In this document: positions 34,928 to 45,223 of the stretch, one piece after another
Position numbering within the stretch: position 1 is the stretch's first letter
Layout of the letters: every line of letters begins with the position of its first letter
Assembly: GCA_029932465.1 (NCBI GenBank)
Contig: JAOZQA010000004.1
Coordinates: forward strand, 7,980-71,979
DNA length: 64,000 nt
Direction of reading: 5' to 3'
DNA from: Thermoplasmatota archaeon
GTDB taxonomy: Archaea; Thermoplasmatota; Penumbrarchaeia; Penumbrarchaeales; EX4484-36
Translations under genes and position numbers: made by a program
Notes under the pieces: model-generated
The model's input: only the letters and a program-made list of their open reading frames with translations
Database searches by the model: none
What the model was told of the DNA's origin: nothing

Positions 34928-37900
34928 TTACTTCTTTTTGCCCTTCTTTTTATCCTTCTTCCCCTCTGCTTTCTCCTCTTCCTCCTCGGGTGCACCCTCT
35001 TCTTCAGATTCCTCCTTTTTGGGGGTTTTCTCAGATTTCTTTCCGGTCCCCTTCTTCTTTTCCTTCCCGCCAGCACCTTTTTCCTTTCTGCTCCCTTTTT
35101 CTTTCTTTCCCCCTTCCCGGCGGAAGAGCTCTAAGATGGGTTCGTATCCCCACTGATCTCTGTAGTACTTACTCGCTCCGATATATATCAGAATCAACAC
35201 ACCGATCCCAACGGCGAGCCACGTCGTCAATTGACTCTTCTTCTCCTTTATTTTTATTGTGTGCTCATAGACGTTGTTGTCCTCGTCGCTCTCAAGGACT
35301 GCGTCTGTGGGATCTATCTCTACATTCACTACCTTTGTACCGGCTGTTGGATTCTTCCATACGGCCTTGAACTCGTACGTAGCATCAGGTTCAAGGGAGG
35401 AGATGTATTCGCTCTTTATCTTCTTGCCGCCTACTTTGACCCAGACTGTGAAGCCTTCCGCCTTAACGCTGCCCTTGTTTGTTATATTGATGGTCAGCAC
35501 AAGCTTCTTTCCTTCAGTTATTTTTCCTTCTGCAGGCTCGTACTCAACGAAGCTCACTCTGAGATCAGCGCCCCTCACTTCCAGGGTATAGTTGGTTTGA
35601 TCAGTGTGTCCAGCGGAGTCGGTGACGTTCAGTGTTATTGTGTAGAACCCCGGTTTGCTGTAAGTGTGTACAACAACCTTCCCTATGGCCCCCTCATTAC
35701 TATCGGGCGTAGTCTTGTTGTTCTCCCACCACAGTCCGTCAGACTCGTCAAAGTCCCACATGTAGAGAGTAAGGTTGTAGACCCAGTCTTCAGGGTCCTC
35801 CCGGGGGTCGTAGGACTGACTTGCGTTGAAGGTCACATTCTCATCCACATCAACTGCGTTCTCGGTGCCTATGGGCTCTATGATTGCCACAGGTGGGGTG
35901 ATATCCCTGACCACGAAGCCTGATATGGTGTATATCGTGTATCTGCCTGCTATGTCTGTGACGTTGACGGTAATGTTATAAACACCGGGGTCCCTGAAGA
36001 CATGGTAGACCACATCCCCGGTTATGATTCCCGTGCCATCCCCGAAGTCCCAGACGTAGGTGTCTATCTCGGTGTTATCGGTGCTCAAGGTAGCATTAAA
36101 GGATAGGGTCTCGTCCTCATCGGCGCTTGTTACGTTCACCCCAGTCTCATTCTGAATGAATGCTACAACTGCGGGTCCAACGCCATCGGCGTAGATTAGG
36201 ATCCAGTCCGTGGAGGTAAGGGAGGAACTGTCAGTAACGGTGAGGGTTATATTGTATTCTCCATCGCTGGGGAGGGTTATGTTGAGCTCCTCACCATAGT
36301 ACTCCCCCACCCCCGGGACTGCCCAAGTGTAGTTGACTATCTCCCCCACGGGATCGTAGGACTCCTTAGCGGTGAGGTTGAGGGGGTCATCGAGGTTCAG
36401 AACATAACTTTTCTCTTCTCTGAAGCGGAGAAGGTCTGCTCTGGCTGGGGTTATCTTGGCAACGGGCTCCTCCTTCACCTTTGCTGTGAAAGAGAAGACC
36501 CTATAGGCAGTGAAGATGGAGACATTTCCCTCATCAATCATGCCCACATCCTCGCCGAAGTTCTCAATAACCTCGTACTCCTCCGGGAGGAAGAACTTTA
36601 GCTTCTCACCGGAATCAAGCCCGAGAACATCTATCTGGATACTCTCCGGATTCTCAAAGCCCTCCTCTGCCACATAGGAGAAGGTATATACCACCTGGGG
36701 CATCTCCCCCTCCAAGACAGGACCTGTTATATCGTTCACTTCCACTTCGAAGCCGCCCTCCGGGTCATATTCATATACCTTTCCATTTATTGTGAAGTAT
36801 CCGTCTGTAAGGTGTTTTCTGGGACCTATGGCTTTCAGGTAATCAACAAAGCGCTGCATTTCGGTGTTGTCTATTACGAGATCACCGTTACCAAGGGAGC
36901 GATCTATCTGCATGAGCGGACTACCAGCAGTGAATTTAAGTCCGTACAGCTTGGTGGTAGGTGAGAGGGTCCAGCGCTGCGTAACGGTTGAGGCGTTGAA
37001 ATCCTCGCTGAAGTGAATTTCGGTTATGATGTCCTCCTCAGGCGCTTCCTCGAGGACAATAGAGTTATTAATCCACGCTGGAGAGGAGCCGTCAATCGTT
37101 ATGTCCTCAACTAGCGGTGTGTAGCCCTCCGATTCCACAATAAGTTTGAACTGACCCGGGTAAACTTTGATGCGGAAGATATATGTCCTTACGAAGGAAT
37201 CCTTATCCAGCGGAACCATGTGCCCGTTAGCAGAATCTATGAGGGACACCTCAATGTGGCTCATATATTCCCCTGTGGAGTTCATTACCTTTCCATAGAC
37301 TAGATAACCTGCCCCTTCTGGCATTAGGAGGGTGTAGTTCTTCTCCACATCCCCCGTTATGTCTAGCACTTCTGTGACATAGCTATAACCGCTGTCCACT
37401 ACCAGCACATGGTAGCTCCCGGCAGGGAGGTTTACGGAGTAGTAGCCACTTTCATTTGTAACCCCATTTAAGGAGAACCCAGCCACATCCCTTGAATACA
37501 GCATGACCTCCGCCCCTTCCAGGGCTTCCCCTTCCTCGTTCAAAACATACCCGTGAAGGGTGGAATCCCCCAAGACCCTCTGCAGTCTCACCTCTACGTT
37601 CACCGTGGAGCCCGGCTTAACATAGGCGATACTGGGTGATATCTGCTCCACGGTGTATCCGTTCGGATTAAGTGAGAGAACATAAGAGCCTGCGGGGAGG
37701 CTTATTGAGAAAAATCCCGAATCGTCCGTAAATACGGTGTAGGTATGCCCATAATACGCGGAAACAATCTTTATTTTAACATCTCTAACCGGTTGAAAGC
37801 GGTCGTCCAGCACGTAGCCCTGCAATGTCCCTGAGCCTGCCTCTGAGCTCCCGATGGGCACAAGAAAGGTCCCCATCAAAAGGAGAGCAAGGCTCATTAT

Positions 37901-37933
37901 TGCCCATTTATACAACCCTGTTTTGGCGTTCAT
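34928..37933 (-). CDS. Surface protein with signal peptide, carboxypeptidase-regulatory-like, PKD-like and CARDB-like domains, a C-terminal TM helix and a long K/E-rich cytoplasmic tail
   Basis: 1001 aa. Signal peptide MNAKTGLYKWAIMSLALLLMGTFLVPIGSSEA. Beta-sandwich repeats (YNITLTVTDSSS..., YNITVNVTDIAG..., YTITLNVTDSAGH). TM LTTWLAVGIGVLILIYIGAS. Tail GGKKEKGSRKEKGAGGKEKKKGTGKK...KKDKKKGKKK. Confidence 0.8.
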   Translation of the reverse strand: MNAKTGLYKWAIMSLALLLMGTFLVPIGSSEAGSGTLQGYVLDDRFQPVRDVKIKIVSAYYGHTYTVFTDDSGFFSISLPAGSYVLSLNPNGYTVEQISPSIAYVKPGSTVNVEVRLQRVLGDSTLHGYVLNEEGEALEGAEVMLYSRDVAGFSLNGVTNESGYYSVNLPAGSYHVLVVDSGYSYVTEVLDITGDVEKNYTLLMPEGAGYLVYGKVMNSTGEYMSHIEVSLIDSANGHMVPLDKDSFVRTYIFRIKVYPGQFKLIVESEGYTPLVEDITIDGSSPAWINNSIVLEEAPEEDIITEIHFSEDFNASTVTQRWTLSPTTKLYGLKFTAGSPLMQIDRSLGNGDLVIDNTEMQRFVDYLKAIGPRKHLTDGYFTINGKVYEYDPEGGFEVEVNDITGPVLEGEMPQVVYTFSYVAEEGFENPESIQIDVLGLDSGEKLKFFLPEEYEVIENFGEDVGMIDEGNVSIFTAYRVFSFTAKVKEEPVAKITPARADLLRFREEKSYVLNLDDPLNLTAKESYDPVGEIVNYTWAVPGVGEYYGEELNITLPSDGEYNITLTVTDSSSLTSTDWILIYADGVGPAVVAFIQNETGVNVTSADEDETLSFNATLSTDNTEIDTYVWDFGDGTGIITGDVVYHVFRDPGVYNITVNVTDIAGRYTIYTISGFVVRDITPPVAIIEPIGTENAVDVDENVTFNASQSYDPREDPEDWVYNLTLYMWDFDESDGLWWENNKTTPDSNEGAIGKVVVHTYSKPGFYTITLNVTDSAGHTDQTNYTLEVRGADLRVSFVEYEPAEGKITEGKKLVLTINITNKGSVKAEGFTVWVKVGGKKIKSEYISSLEPDATYEFKAVWKNPTAGTKVVNVEIDPTDAVLESDEDNNVYEHTIKIKEKKSQLTTWLAVGIGVLILIYIGASKYYRDQWGYEPILELFRREGGKKEKGSRKEKGAGGKEKKKGTGKKSEKTPKKEESEEEGAPEEEEEKAEGKKDKKKGKKK

Positions 37934-38140
37934 CCCTACTGCCTCCGTTGTAGTCTCCTAGATTCTGGCATCACAGTATGATGGAAAGCAGAAAACTCCT
38001 ATGGAGTTTTCATATTTATATATTTCCAAATGCGTCACCAGAGCGTGGCATAAAAGATTGGATATGAACAAAAGATTACAGGATGTAAACGAACAATGCA
38101 TCTACAGGAGCGGAAGTGGAATATTCAACCGGTGATAGGA

Positions 38141-38181
38141 ACAAAAAATGAAAAAGAAAAGGACCGCGGTTTGTGCGGTCC
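38141..38181 (-). terminator. Intrinsic-terminator-like hairpin (GGACCGC-ggtttgt-GCGGTCC) followed on the minus strand by a T-rich tract, 9 nt downstream of the stop of gene 38190..39134
   Basis: Perfect 7-bp inverted repeat at 38161..38181. Minus-strand continuation CTTTTCTTTTTCATTTTTTG (the complement of 38141..38160). Confidence 0.5.
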
Positions 38182-38189
38182 TCAAGGAA

Positions 38190-39134
38190 TTAGCTACGCT
38201 TTCTCTCTCGATTCACGAAGAGTATTGCTAATGTTCCCAGGATGAATATCAAAAACATTGGGTCAAAACCCGGGGTCGCCACACCTCTCTCTCTGACGAA
38301 AAGGGCGTACTCTACAGGTAGCGATAGCTCACCCAGCTCCTGTGCCTGGACCGATATGAGCTCTATCTGGATGGTTGTGACCTCATTAACCCACGGATAG
38401 ATTCTCTGCTCCGTGGCTATGGAGAGAGTTACCACCTCTTCCTGGTTGGACTGTACCCTGATCCTGGGGTTGCCGAGCTGTACCACCCAATCTTTCTTGC
38501 TGAGCTTGTCATAATTGAGGATCCTCAAGCTCAGCACATCAGCGCCGTTTCCGTCGTTTCTGATCTTTATGTCGAAGTTCAGGGTGGATCCGGGCCGGAC
38601 CTGGACATATGGGCTTTTCACGTTGAGGGTGAAGCGGTAGAACTGGTCTATGTCAATGATCCCTGTGACCGGGTTTACAGGGCCGCCAATTGCCCCGGGG
38701 ACGTAGCTCCATCTTCCCTGAATGATAACTGTGCCTGATTGCAGATAAGGGGTCTCAGGAGGCACTTTGACCGTAGCTATAAATGGCTTGGCCCTAGTGT
38801 CCTGCCTCGTAAAGATAACCGTGGAAGGGGATATTGTAACGGGCCAGCCGGCATCGGTGGAACCCTGGAGGGTCACAACGCACTGCTGTACGTTGGGCTG
38901 CCAGGGGACTATAGCATTCACGGACCCTGAGAAGGTTACAATTCCTGACTGGCCAGGAGCGACCTGGGCAGTTCTTTTTCCCTCATCCAGTTGAAGGGTC
39001 ACGGAAGCGGGTCCAATGGCCGCCGCCTCTTTTTTCTCATCGGCTGAGGGGACCATGAAGCCTATACTGGATAGAACTATCAAAAGTCCCAAAAAAATCT
39101 GCAGGTTCTTTACAGCACGCTTCATATTGTTCAC
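38190..39134 (-). CDS. Secreted surface protein with signal peptide and a C-terminal PGF-CTERM-type sorting signal (putative archaeosortase substrate)
   Basis: 314 aa. Signal peptide MKRAVKNLQIFLGLLIVLSSIGFMVPSA. C-terminus ...ATPGFDPMFLIFILGTLAILFVNRERKRS has PGF, then a hydrophobic helix, then a basic tail. Confidence 0.75.
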   Translation of the reverse strand: MNNMKRAVKNLQIFLGLLIVLSSIGFMVPSADEKKEAAAIGPASVTLQLDEGKRTAQVAPGQSGIVTFSGSVNAIVPWQPNVQQCVVTLQGSTDAGWPVTISPSTVIFTRQDTRAKPFIATVKVPPETPYLQSGTVIIQGRWSYVPGAIGGPVNPVTGIIDIDQFYRFTLNVKSPYVQVRPGSTLNFDIKIRNDGNGADVLSLRILNYDKLSKKDWVVQLGNPRIRVQSNQEEVVTLSIATEQRIYPWVNEVTTIQIELISVQAQELGELSLPVEYALFVRERGVATPGFDPMFLIFILGTLAILFVNRERKRS

Positions 39135-39362
39135 CTCTTGGGTACACCTCCTTTATCCATTTCGCATATATATCCCTTATCCCCCAGGAGACTCCCCACC
39201 CCTGACATACATTGTTTTAAGGAATATTTATACCTTTTGAAAATCCTTATAAATGGAGGACTGGCTTGAGGGGGCTTGACGGTAAAAAAATCAAATTTAC
39301 ACCCCCTTTGGGGCACCCTGACCACCATAATTCTAGCCACCTCGACGCCGTGGCACCTGGGA

Positions 39363-41378
39363 TTACGATGGGGCAGGTTGGGGTGAATCAATGATGTCCG
39401 GGAATCTCCTCATGTCCTCTTTGATCTCGGAGTCAAAAATCTTTGCCATCTTTTCTATGAAGACCTTTTTCTTTTTAGATAATGAAGAGAGGGCCACCTC
39501 AAGGACCTCTTTTAAGTTCCTCACAGGAACGATCTCTATCTTCTTCTCGCTCTCCTCATCCAAAAGAACGTCTTTGAGGTTCCCCCAGGGTATGATGACC
39601 TTTTTCATGCCAGCGGCTATAGCCGCTTCGATTTTGGGGGTTATCCCGCCCACGGGGAGAACCTCTCCCCTAACGGAGAGGGAGCCAGTCATGGCCACGG
39701 ACATGTCTACCTCAATCGCCTCAAGGGCGGAAACTACTGCGGTTGCGATAGAAATGGAGGCGGAGTCCCCCTCTACCCCCTCATAGGTTCCTATGAATTG
39801 GATATGTATGTCGTAATTCTTGATGTCCTCACCTGAGATCTTCTTGATAAGGGCTGAGACGTTCTGCACGGCTTCTTTAGCGATCTCCCCAAGCTTACCC
39901 GTGGCGATTATCCGTCCTTCATCTCTGGACTGGGCAGGGGTTACCTCTGCCACTACCCTAAGTACCAGTCCTGCATACTCCGACATCCCGGTGTCCGCTC
40001 CCAGAATCGCAAGACCATTCACGGACCCCACTATGGCACCGCTGTTTATGACGTCATTGTACTCCCACTTCTTTTTGACGAGCCTCTCTGCCACCTGCTG
40101 TTCAAGAGGTTTTGCAAAGGTTTTGGCCTCTACAACGTCTCTTCGGGTCACGAGCCTCTTATTCTTCTCTCTAGCAACGTCTCCTGCTGCTCTAACCAGC
40201 CCGCCGAGTTCCCTCAAGCGGAGTGAGAGTTTCCCACGGGTCCCCGCCCTCCTCTGGGCCTCCCTTATAATCTCAGCTATAGCATCATAACGGAAATGGG
40301 GGATTTTCTTATCCTTCTTAACCTCCTGGGCGACGAACCTTACCAGCTTCATGCGGTTCTCTTCCGTGTCATCCATGAGGGTGTTCATATACACTTCATA
40401 GCCATATCCTCTAACCCGTGAGCGGAGGGCAGGGTGCATTCTCTCAACGGAGTCGAGATTGCCGGCGGCAACAAGCACGAAATCACAGGGCACGGGCTCC
40501 GTCTTCACCAAGGAGCCTGCGCTTCTTTCGCTCTGACCTGTAATCGAGTATTTCTTCTCCTGCATCGCGGTGAGGAGGCTCTGCTGGGATTCGGGTCTCA
40601 GTAGGTTGATCTCATCTATGAACAGTACCCCTTTATGGGCTCTGTGGATGGACCCAGGCTCCACCCTTTCATGGGCGGGGGTCACCATGTCTCCCGACTG
40701 ATACGGATCATGCCTCACATCGCCCAGAAGGGCACCGGATATGGCTCCCGTGGCGTCTACAAATGGGGGTTTCTCCCCGGGGGTGTGGGAGACCAGAAGC
40801 TTTGGAATCTCCTTTTCAAACTTGTCTGTGATGGAGATGAATCTGAAAACCAGTGCTCCTGCGAGAATTAGAAGGATTCCCCAGAAGATGTATGTGAAAT
40901 TTTGGGTGTAGAGGACCACACCGAATACCAGAACGAACAAAAAGATCAACATGAACTTTCTGAAGGCTCCTTCTTTCTCTCTAAGCTCCTTTAGCTCCTC
41001 CTTTTTGGCCTTTATTATCTCTTTCCCCTTCCCTGCGGGCACCACCCTTATTTTGGGTTGATGGGGGTCATCTGGGTTTGGATATACTAAAATATCTTCC
41101 AGCTCCTCATCTGGTAGGAGTTCCGACATAGCTTGGGCCAGCATCGATTTGCCTGTTCCAGGGTCACCGATCAAAAGCACGTGTCTCTTCTGCTGGGCCG
41201 CTTTTCTAATTATCCTCACGGCCTCGTCCTGGCCGATCACCTGGTCAATCAGTTTTTCCGGAACGGAGACATCTTTGGTGGACTTGATACCCTTTCTTTT
41301 GAGCCAGTCGCTGAGGCTCTTCACGGACTCTATCTTTTCCATGGACACGCACCGGAGACAGGGAGGAGGAAAACCCAT
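39363..41378 (-). CDS. lon: Archaeal membrane-bound ATP-dependent Lon protease (LonB)
   Basis: Walker [18 protein letters not shown] insertion within the AAA+ module ([16 protein letters not shown]...[11 protein letters not shown]). Protease Ser/Lys context [18 protein letters not shown]...[21 protein letters not shown]. The likely real start is [10 protein letters not shown] at 41342. Confidence 0.9.
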   Translation of the reverse strand: MGFPPPCLRCVSMEKIESVKSLSDWLKRKGIKSTKDVSVPEKLIDQVIGQDEAVRIIRKAAQQKRHVLLIGDPGTGKSMLAQAMSELLPDEELEDILVYPNPDDPHQPKIRVVPAGKGKEIIKAKKEELKELREKEGAFRKFMLIFLFVLVFGVVLYTQNFTYIFWGILLILAGALVFRFISITDKFEKEIPKLLVSHTPGEKPPFVDATGAISGALLGDVRHDPYQSGDMVTPAHERVEPGSIHRAHKGVLFIDEINLLRPESQQSLLTAMQEKKYSITGQSERSAGSLVKTEPVPCDFVLVAAGNLDSVERMHPALRSRVRGYGYEVYMNTLMDDTEENRMKLVRFVAQEVKKDKKIPHFRYDAIAEIIREAQRRAGTRGKLSLRLRELGGLVRAAGDVAREKNKRLVTRRDVVEAKTFAKPLEQQVAERLVKKKWEYNDVINSGAIVGSVNGLAILGADTGMSEYAGLVLRVVAEVTPAQSRDEGRIIATGKLGEIAKEAVQNVSALIKKISGEDIKNYDIHIQFIGTYEGVEGDSASISIATAVVSALEAIEVDMSVAMTGSLSVRGEVLPVGGITPKIEAAIAAGMKKVIIPWGNLKDVLLDEESEKKIEIVPVRNLKEVLEVALSSLSKKKKVFIEKMAKIFDSEIKEDMRRFPDIIDSPQPAPS

Positions 41379-41452
41379 CCCTTAAATATAGTTTTTTATA
41401 TGACGTTGACAATCAAAGAGAGACCTAGAGTGATGTTTAAGGGGGACAGAAG

Positions 41453-43162
41453 TTGCCCATCATTGAAATCAACCGACAGCACTTCCGGGAAATTCTCTAT
41501 GATTTGCCGGAGGAGAAACTTCACTGGGACGAGGTCAAAAGAACCATTCCCATGATGGGGGCTTCCTTTGAGAGGGAGGATGAGGAGACAATATCCTTCG
41601 AGTTCTTTCCCAATCGCCCTGACCTCTACTCCGTTGAGGGTGCTGCAAGAGCCTACAGGAGCTATGTCACCTCCCAGCCCTTCTCTCAGGATCTATACAG
41701 TCTTCAGGGCAGGTCGGGGATATATCTTGAGGTGGCCAGTTCCGTTCTAGAGGTGAGGCCTTACATAGGCTGTGTTATGGTGAGAGGGGTAAACATTGAC
41801 GAGAACTCCCTGCGCTCCATAATGAACGTACAGGAAAAGCTTCACATGACGCTGGGAAGAGGCAGGAAGAAGATGGCTATCGGAATTCACGATTTTTCCC
41901 CTCTTTATCCGCCTTTCAGATACCTGGGGGCCAACCCCGATGAGGTGAGCTTCCTCCCCCTCCAGGGAGACAGGGAAATGACGCTAGCGGAGATCCTCAA
42001 GTACCATGATAAGGGCGTGGAATATGCCCACACCCTAGATGGCTTTCCGAGATATCCGGTGATTCTGGACAGCAAAGGGCAGGTTCTCTCTTTCCCCCCA
42101 ATTATCAATGGAGAGCTCACGAGGGTTACAGAGGATACAACGGATATCTTCGTCGACTGTACAGGCACCTCTTTAAGAGTGATTGAGGAGTCCCTCAACA
42201 TAATAACCGCCCAGCTAATAGATCTGGGCGGCAGGGCGGAGAGCGTGGAGATACGTTACCCCTCGGGGGCTTATGAGAGGGGGGAGAGCGGGGGTGCGGA
42301 GCTTGGGATACGTGAGACGCCTCCGTTCGAATGGACGCATCTCAAGATATCCCTGAAGGATGCGAAAAGGCTTTTGGGGGTGGAGATAGAGGTGGAGGAG
42401 GCGATCGAAGCTCTGAATAGAATGGGCTTTCCGGTCCAGTTCCTTAGAGGGGAAGTGCTTGAGGTGAGCGTACCCCCCATGAGGGTAGACATACTTCACC
42501 CCGTGGACCTTTTCGAAGACATGGCCATCGGATATGGTTACGATAGATTTGAAGGCGACCTGCCTAAAACGCCGGCCTTCGGAGAGGAGCTGCCGGGCAA
42601 AGAGCTTGAGGGTCAACTGAGGGAGCTGATGATCGGACTGAAGTACCAGGAGGTGAAAACTCTCACCCTGGTATCGGAGGCTGAGCTTAAGGCCCTTGAG
42701 ATGGACCGGGAGGCGGGGGTGGAGGTCATAAATCCTCTCTCCGAGGATCATTCTGCCTTACGTCCTTCCCTTCTCCCCTCGTTGCTGGGATTTTTGAGAA
42801 ACAACCGTCACAGAGACTTTCCCCAGAGGGTATTTGAGATCGGAGAGGTGGTGAGGGGTGGTAGGAACCGTTTTGAGCTCTGGGCAGTGGCAGTGGAGAG
42901 AAAGGTAGGCTTCACGGATGTCAAAAGCGTTGCTGAATATTTGATGAAAAGTGTGGGGGTGGATGTGAAGGTGGAGAGATCCAAAAGGGCATTTTTCATT
43001 CGTGGAAGAAGTGCAGTGCTTCTCGGGCGGGCGGGAGAACCTCTATGTGAAATTGGGGAGCTTCATCCCGAGGTGCTGGAGCGCTATGAAATAACCTATC
43101 CAGCTACGGCTCTCCGGATAGATATAGATAACCTTGTGGAAGCCCTCTCCAGTGGTGGTTAG
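41453..43162 (+). CDS. pheT: Phenylalanyl-tRNA synthetase beta subunit (archaeal type)
   Basis: 569 aa. B3/B4 and B5 regions typical of archaeal PheT; overlaps the next (minus-strand) gene by 4 nt. Confidence 0.8.
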   Translation: MPIIEINRQHFREILYDLPEEKLHWDEVKRTIPMMGASFEREDEETISFEFFPNRPDLYSVEGAARAYRSYVTSQPFSQDLYSLQGRSGIYLEVASSVLEVRPYIGCVMVRGVNIDENSLRSIMNVQEKLHMTLGRGRKKMAIGIHDFSPLYPPFRYLGANPDEVSFLPLQGDREMTLAEILKYHDKGVEYAHTLDGFPRYPVILDSKGQVLSFPPIINGELTRVTEDTTDIFVDCTGTSLRVIEESLNIITAQLIDLGGRAESVEIRYPSGAYERGESGGAELGIRETPPFEWTHLKISLKDAKRLLGVEIEVEEAIEALNRMGFPVQFLRGEVLEVSVPPMRVDILHPVDLFEDMAIGYGYDRFEGDLPKTPAFGEELPGKELEGQLRELMIGLKYQEVKTLTLVSEAELKALEMDREAGVEVINPLSEDHSALRPSLLPSLLGFLRNNRHRDFPQRVFEIGEVVRGGRNRFELWAVAVERKVGFTDVKSVAEYLMKSVGVDVKVERSKRAFFIRGRSAVLLGRAGEPLCEIGELHPEVLERYEITYPATALRIDIDNLVEALSSGG

Positions 43163-43812
43163 AGGATCTCAGTAACCTTGGCCTTCTCTGTAAAGAGCTT
43201 TTTTCTCTTTCCAGATAACGTTTCCGTGTTTACGGATACGAGTACTGTACCCTCCTCCTTTTCAGTGTACTCCTTTAGGTGGTTAAGAAAGCTGAGTACT
43301 CTCTCAGGTTCGTTCTCAAGGACTATGTTCTCAAAAGAGTCTATGACCACCGCCCCCCGCCCTCCCTCCTCCCACCAGTCTAGAATCTCCTGCAGTATCC
43401 CTGAGAGGTCGGTGATCTTAAATGCCTTCTGAGAGTATCTTCGGGGGCTGTCTTTCACTATCAGGACCTCCCTAGCACGCACCCCTGGAAGATATCTTTT
43501 AAGTCTCTTTTCCGGAAGGGGTGTGAAGTAAAGTCCTCCGCTAAGAAGAAGATGACGATAGTTCTGAAGCTGCGTTCCGCGGGAGGCGAAGTGAACTATG
43601 TTGAGCCCCTCTCCTATCTCTCCCCCTCTCGCTGGGAGCCTCTTTGCTCTCTGCTCGGCACTGTTTTTCACATCTTCTTTAAACTTCAAATATTTCCAGA
43701 TGACCCTTGCTGCGAAAAAGGCGAAGAAGATAAAGGCAAAGGCTGCAAATAGAAGGACGAGAGCTTCCATCGCTGCCCAATTTTTTAGGGGGTATTTAAA
43801 CCTCCCCCTCAA
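43159..43812 (-). CDS. Membrane-anchored hypothetical protein (DUF835-like C-terminal domain)
   Basis: 217 aa. N-terminal TM MEALVLLFAAFAFIFFAFFAARVIW, then a soluble domain (GAVVIDSFENIVLENEPERVLSFLNHL). Confidence 0.55.
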   Translation of the reverse strand: MRGRFKYPLKNWAAMEALVLLFAAFAFIFFAFFAARVIWKYLKFKEDVKNSAEQRAKRLPARGGEIGEGLNIVHFASRGTQLQNYRHLLLSGGLYFTPLPEKRLKRYLPGVRAREVLIVKDSPRRYSQKAFKITDLSGILQEILDWWEEGGRGAVVIDSFENIVLENEPERVLSFLNHLKEYTEKEEGTVLVSVNTETLSGKRKKLFTEKAKVTEIL

Positions 43813-43932
43813 ATTAAGTCCTGCGCATCTGCTGTAGCGGGAGAGCGACCTATAATGCCCGCCTCTTCTTCACTACGAGGCAGCTCTCCCACGAGGCAAC
43901 CTTTTTAATTGATAACAAAGTTAAGTTGAACC

Positions 43933-45219
43933 ATGGGTGCCCAGAGGGAGTATAAGATAATCAATGACCCGGTTCACGGAGGGATTAGGGTTGAAGGAGT
44001 AGTTCTCGAACTCCTTGCGACCCCGGAGGTGAACAAGCTATCCTTCATAAGGCAGCTTGGGCTGGCCAATCTAGTCTTTCCTGGAGCGAATCATACTAGA
44101 TTTGAGCACTCACTCGGGGTGAGCTTCCTTGCTGGAAGAATGGGTGAGGTCCTCTCTCTTCCCCCCGAGGAGATCAAATTGGTCAGGGCTGCCGGCCTTC
44201 TTCACGATCTTGGGCACGGCCCCTTCTCTCACACACTGGAGGCCCTTCTTAGAAAGAGAATCGGAAGAGACCACATGCAGATCACAGGAGATATAATAAC
44301 CGGCAGGGAAGGTAGTGGAGAGGTCCCTGTGATTCTTGAGGGAGCTGGAATAGACCCTAAAGAGGTGGAGAGACTTATTCTCTCCACTCCCCTGAAAGAG
44401 GAGAGAAGCCTTGAAAGCTTCGTAGATGGGGAGGGGCAGATATTTTTTCGAGGAAGGGGGTACCTAAATCAGATCATCCACTCGGCCATTGATGCTGATC
44501 AACTGGATTACCTTCTTAGGGACTCTCATTACACCGGCGTAGCCCTTGGGATGGTGGATCTGCCCAGACTCCTCAACACACTGGTTCTATACCACAACGA
44601 ACTCATGGTTCACCGCAGGGGACTTTCGGCCCTTGAGGGGATGCTTGTGGCTAGAGACCTTATGTACAATGCGGTTTACTTTCACAAAACGGTTAGAATT
44701 GCGGAGAGGATGCTAGTTGAGGCCGTGGACAGGCTGGGAGAGGAAAAGATGGGTGAAGTGTGGGATATGGTGGATGGCGACCTCCTCTGTCACCTCAAAG
44801 CCGCAGGTGGTTATCCCGCGGAAATAGCCCGAAGGATCATGAGTAGAAGGCTCTATAAGAGTGCCTACATCCTCAAAGCAGAGAGCGCGGAGGATAGACA
44901 CTTTGAAGTTCTACGAAAGCTGAAGGATGAGGAAGAGCTCAAAGAACTTGAAGAGGCCATCAGACGGAAGGTGGGGGGTGGGGAGGGTGAGGTTCTGATA
45001 GACCTGCCCACCGGGGAGATTGCAGTGTCCGAACCCAGACTTAGAAGGGCGGACGTTAAAGTGCTCGACGATGGAAGGCCTATCCCGGTCTCCAGAATAT
45101 CCTCATTTGCCAGAGCTCTTCAATACCGCTACACTCCAGCCTGGTATTTAATGGTGTGCTGTGAGGAGCGTTTGAGAGGGAAGGTCTCTAAGGTGGCTGA
45201 GGACATTATATTCGGGTGA
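43933..45219 (+). CDS. HD-domain phosphohydrolase of the dNTP triphosphohydrolase (dGTPase/SAMHD1-like) type
   Basis: KIINDPVHGGIRV...NKLSFIRQLGLANLVFPGANHTRFEHSLGV and LLHDLGHGPFSH are HD motifs. Confidence 0.8.
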   Translation: MGAQREYKIINDPVHGGIRVEGVVLELLATPEVNKLSFIRQLGLANLVFPGANHTRFEHSLGVSFLAGRMGEVLSLPPEEIKLVRAAGLLHDLGHGPFSHTLEALLRKRIGRDHMQITGDIITGREGSGEVPVILEGAGIDPKEVERLILSTPLKEERSLESFVDGEGQIFFRGRGYLNQIIHSAIDADQLDYLLRDSHYTGVALGMVDLPRLLNTLVLYHNELMVHRRGLSALEGMLVARDLMYNAVYFHKTVRIAERMLVEAVDRLGEEKMGEVWDMVDGDLLCHLKAAGGYPAEIARRIMSRRLYKSAYILKAESAEDRHFEVLRKLKDEEELKELEEAIRRKVGGGEGEVLIDLPTGEIAVSEPRLRRADVKVLDDGRPIPVSRISSFARALQYRYTPAWYLMVCCEERLRGKVSKVAEDIIFG

Positions 45220-45223
45220 TGTT

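Noticed and set aside
34861-35923. K/R-rich and other ORFs (34861..35076, 34879..35370, 35231..35923) around the 3' end of the 1001-aa surface-protein gene.
   Set aside because: They are the reverse-strand or alternate-frame reading of the K/E-rich low-complexity tail and beta-sandwich repeats; they are not independent genes.
37934-38189. A 256-nt AT-rich intergenic region was examined for a small RNA such as a C/D box sRNA or tRNA.
   Set aside because: There are no convincing C (UGAUGA) or D (CUGA) box pairs and no cloverleaf. The only clear structure is the terminator hairpin already annotated.
42300-42330. The string gttcgaatgg resembles a tRNA T-loop.
   Set aside because: It is embedded in the pheT coding frame, and I could assemble no acceptor, D or anticodon stems around it.
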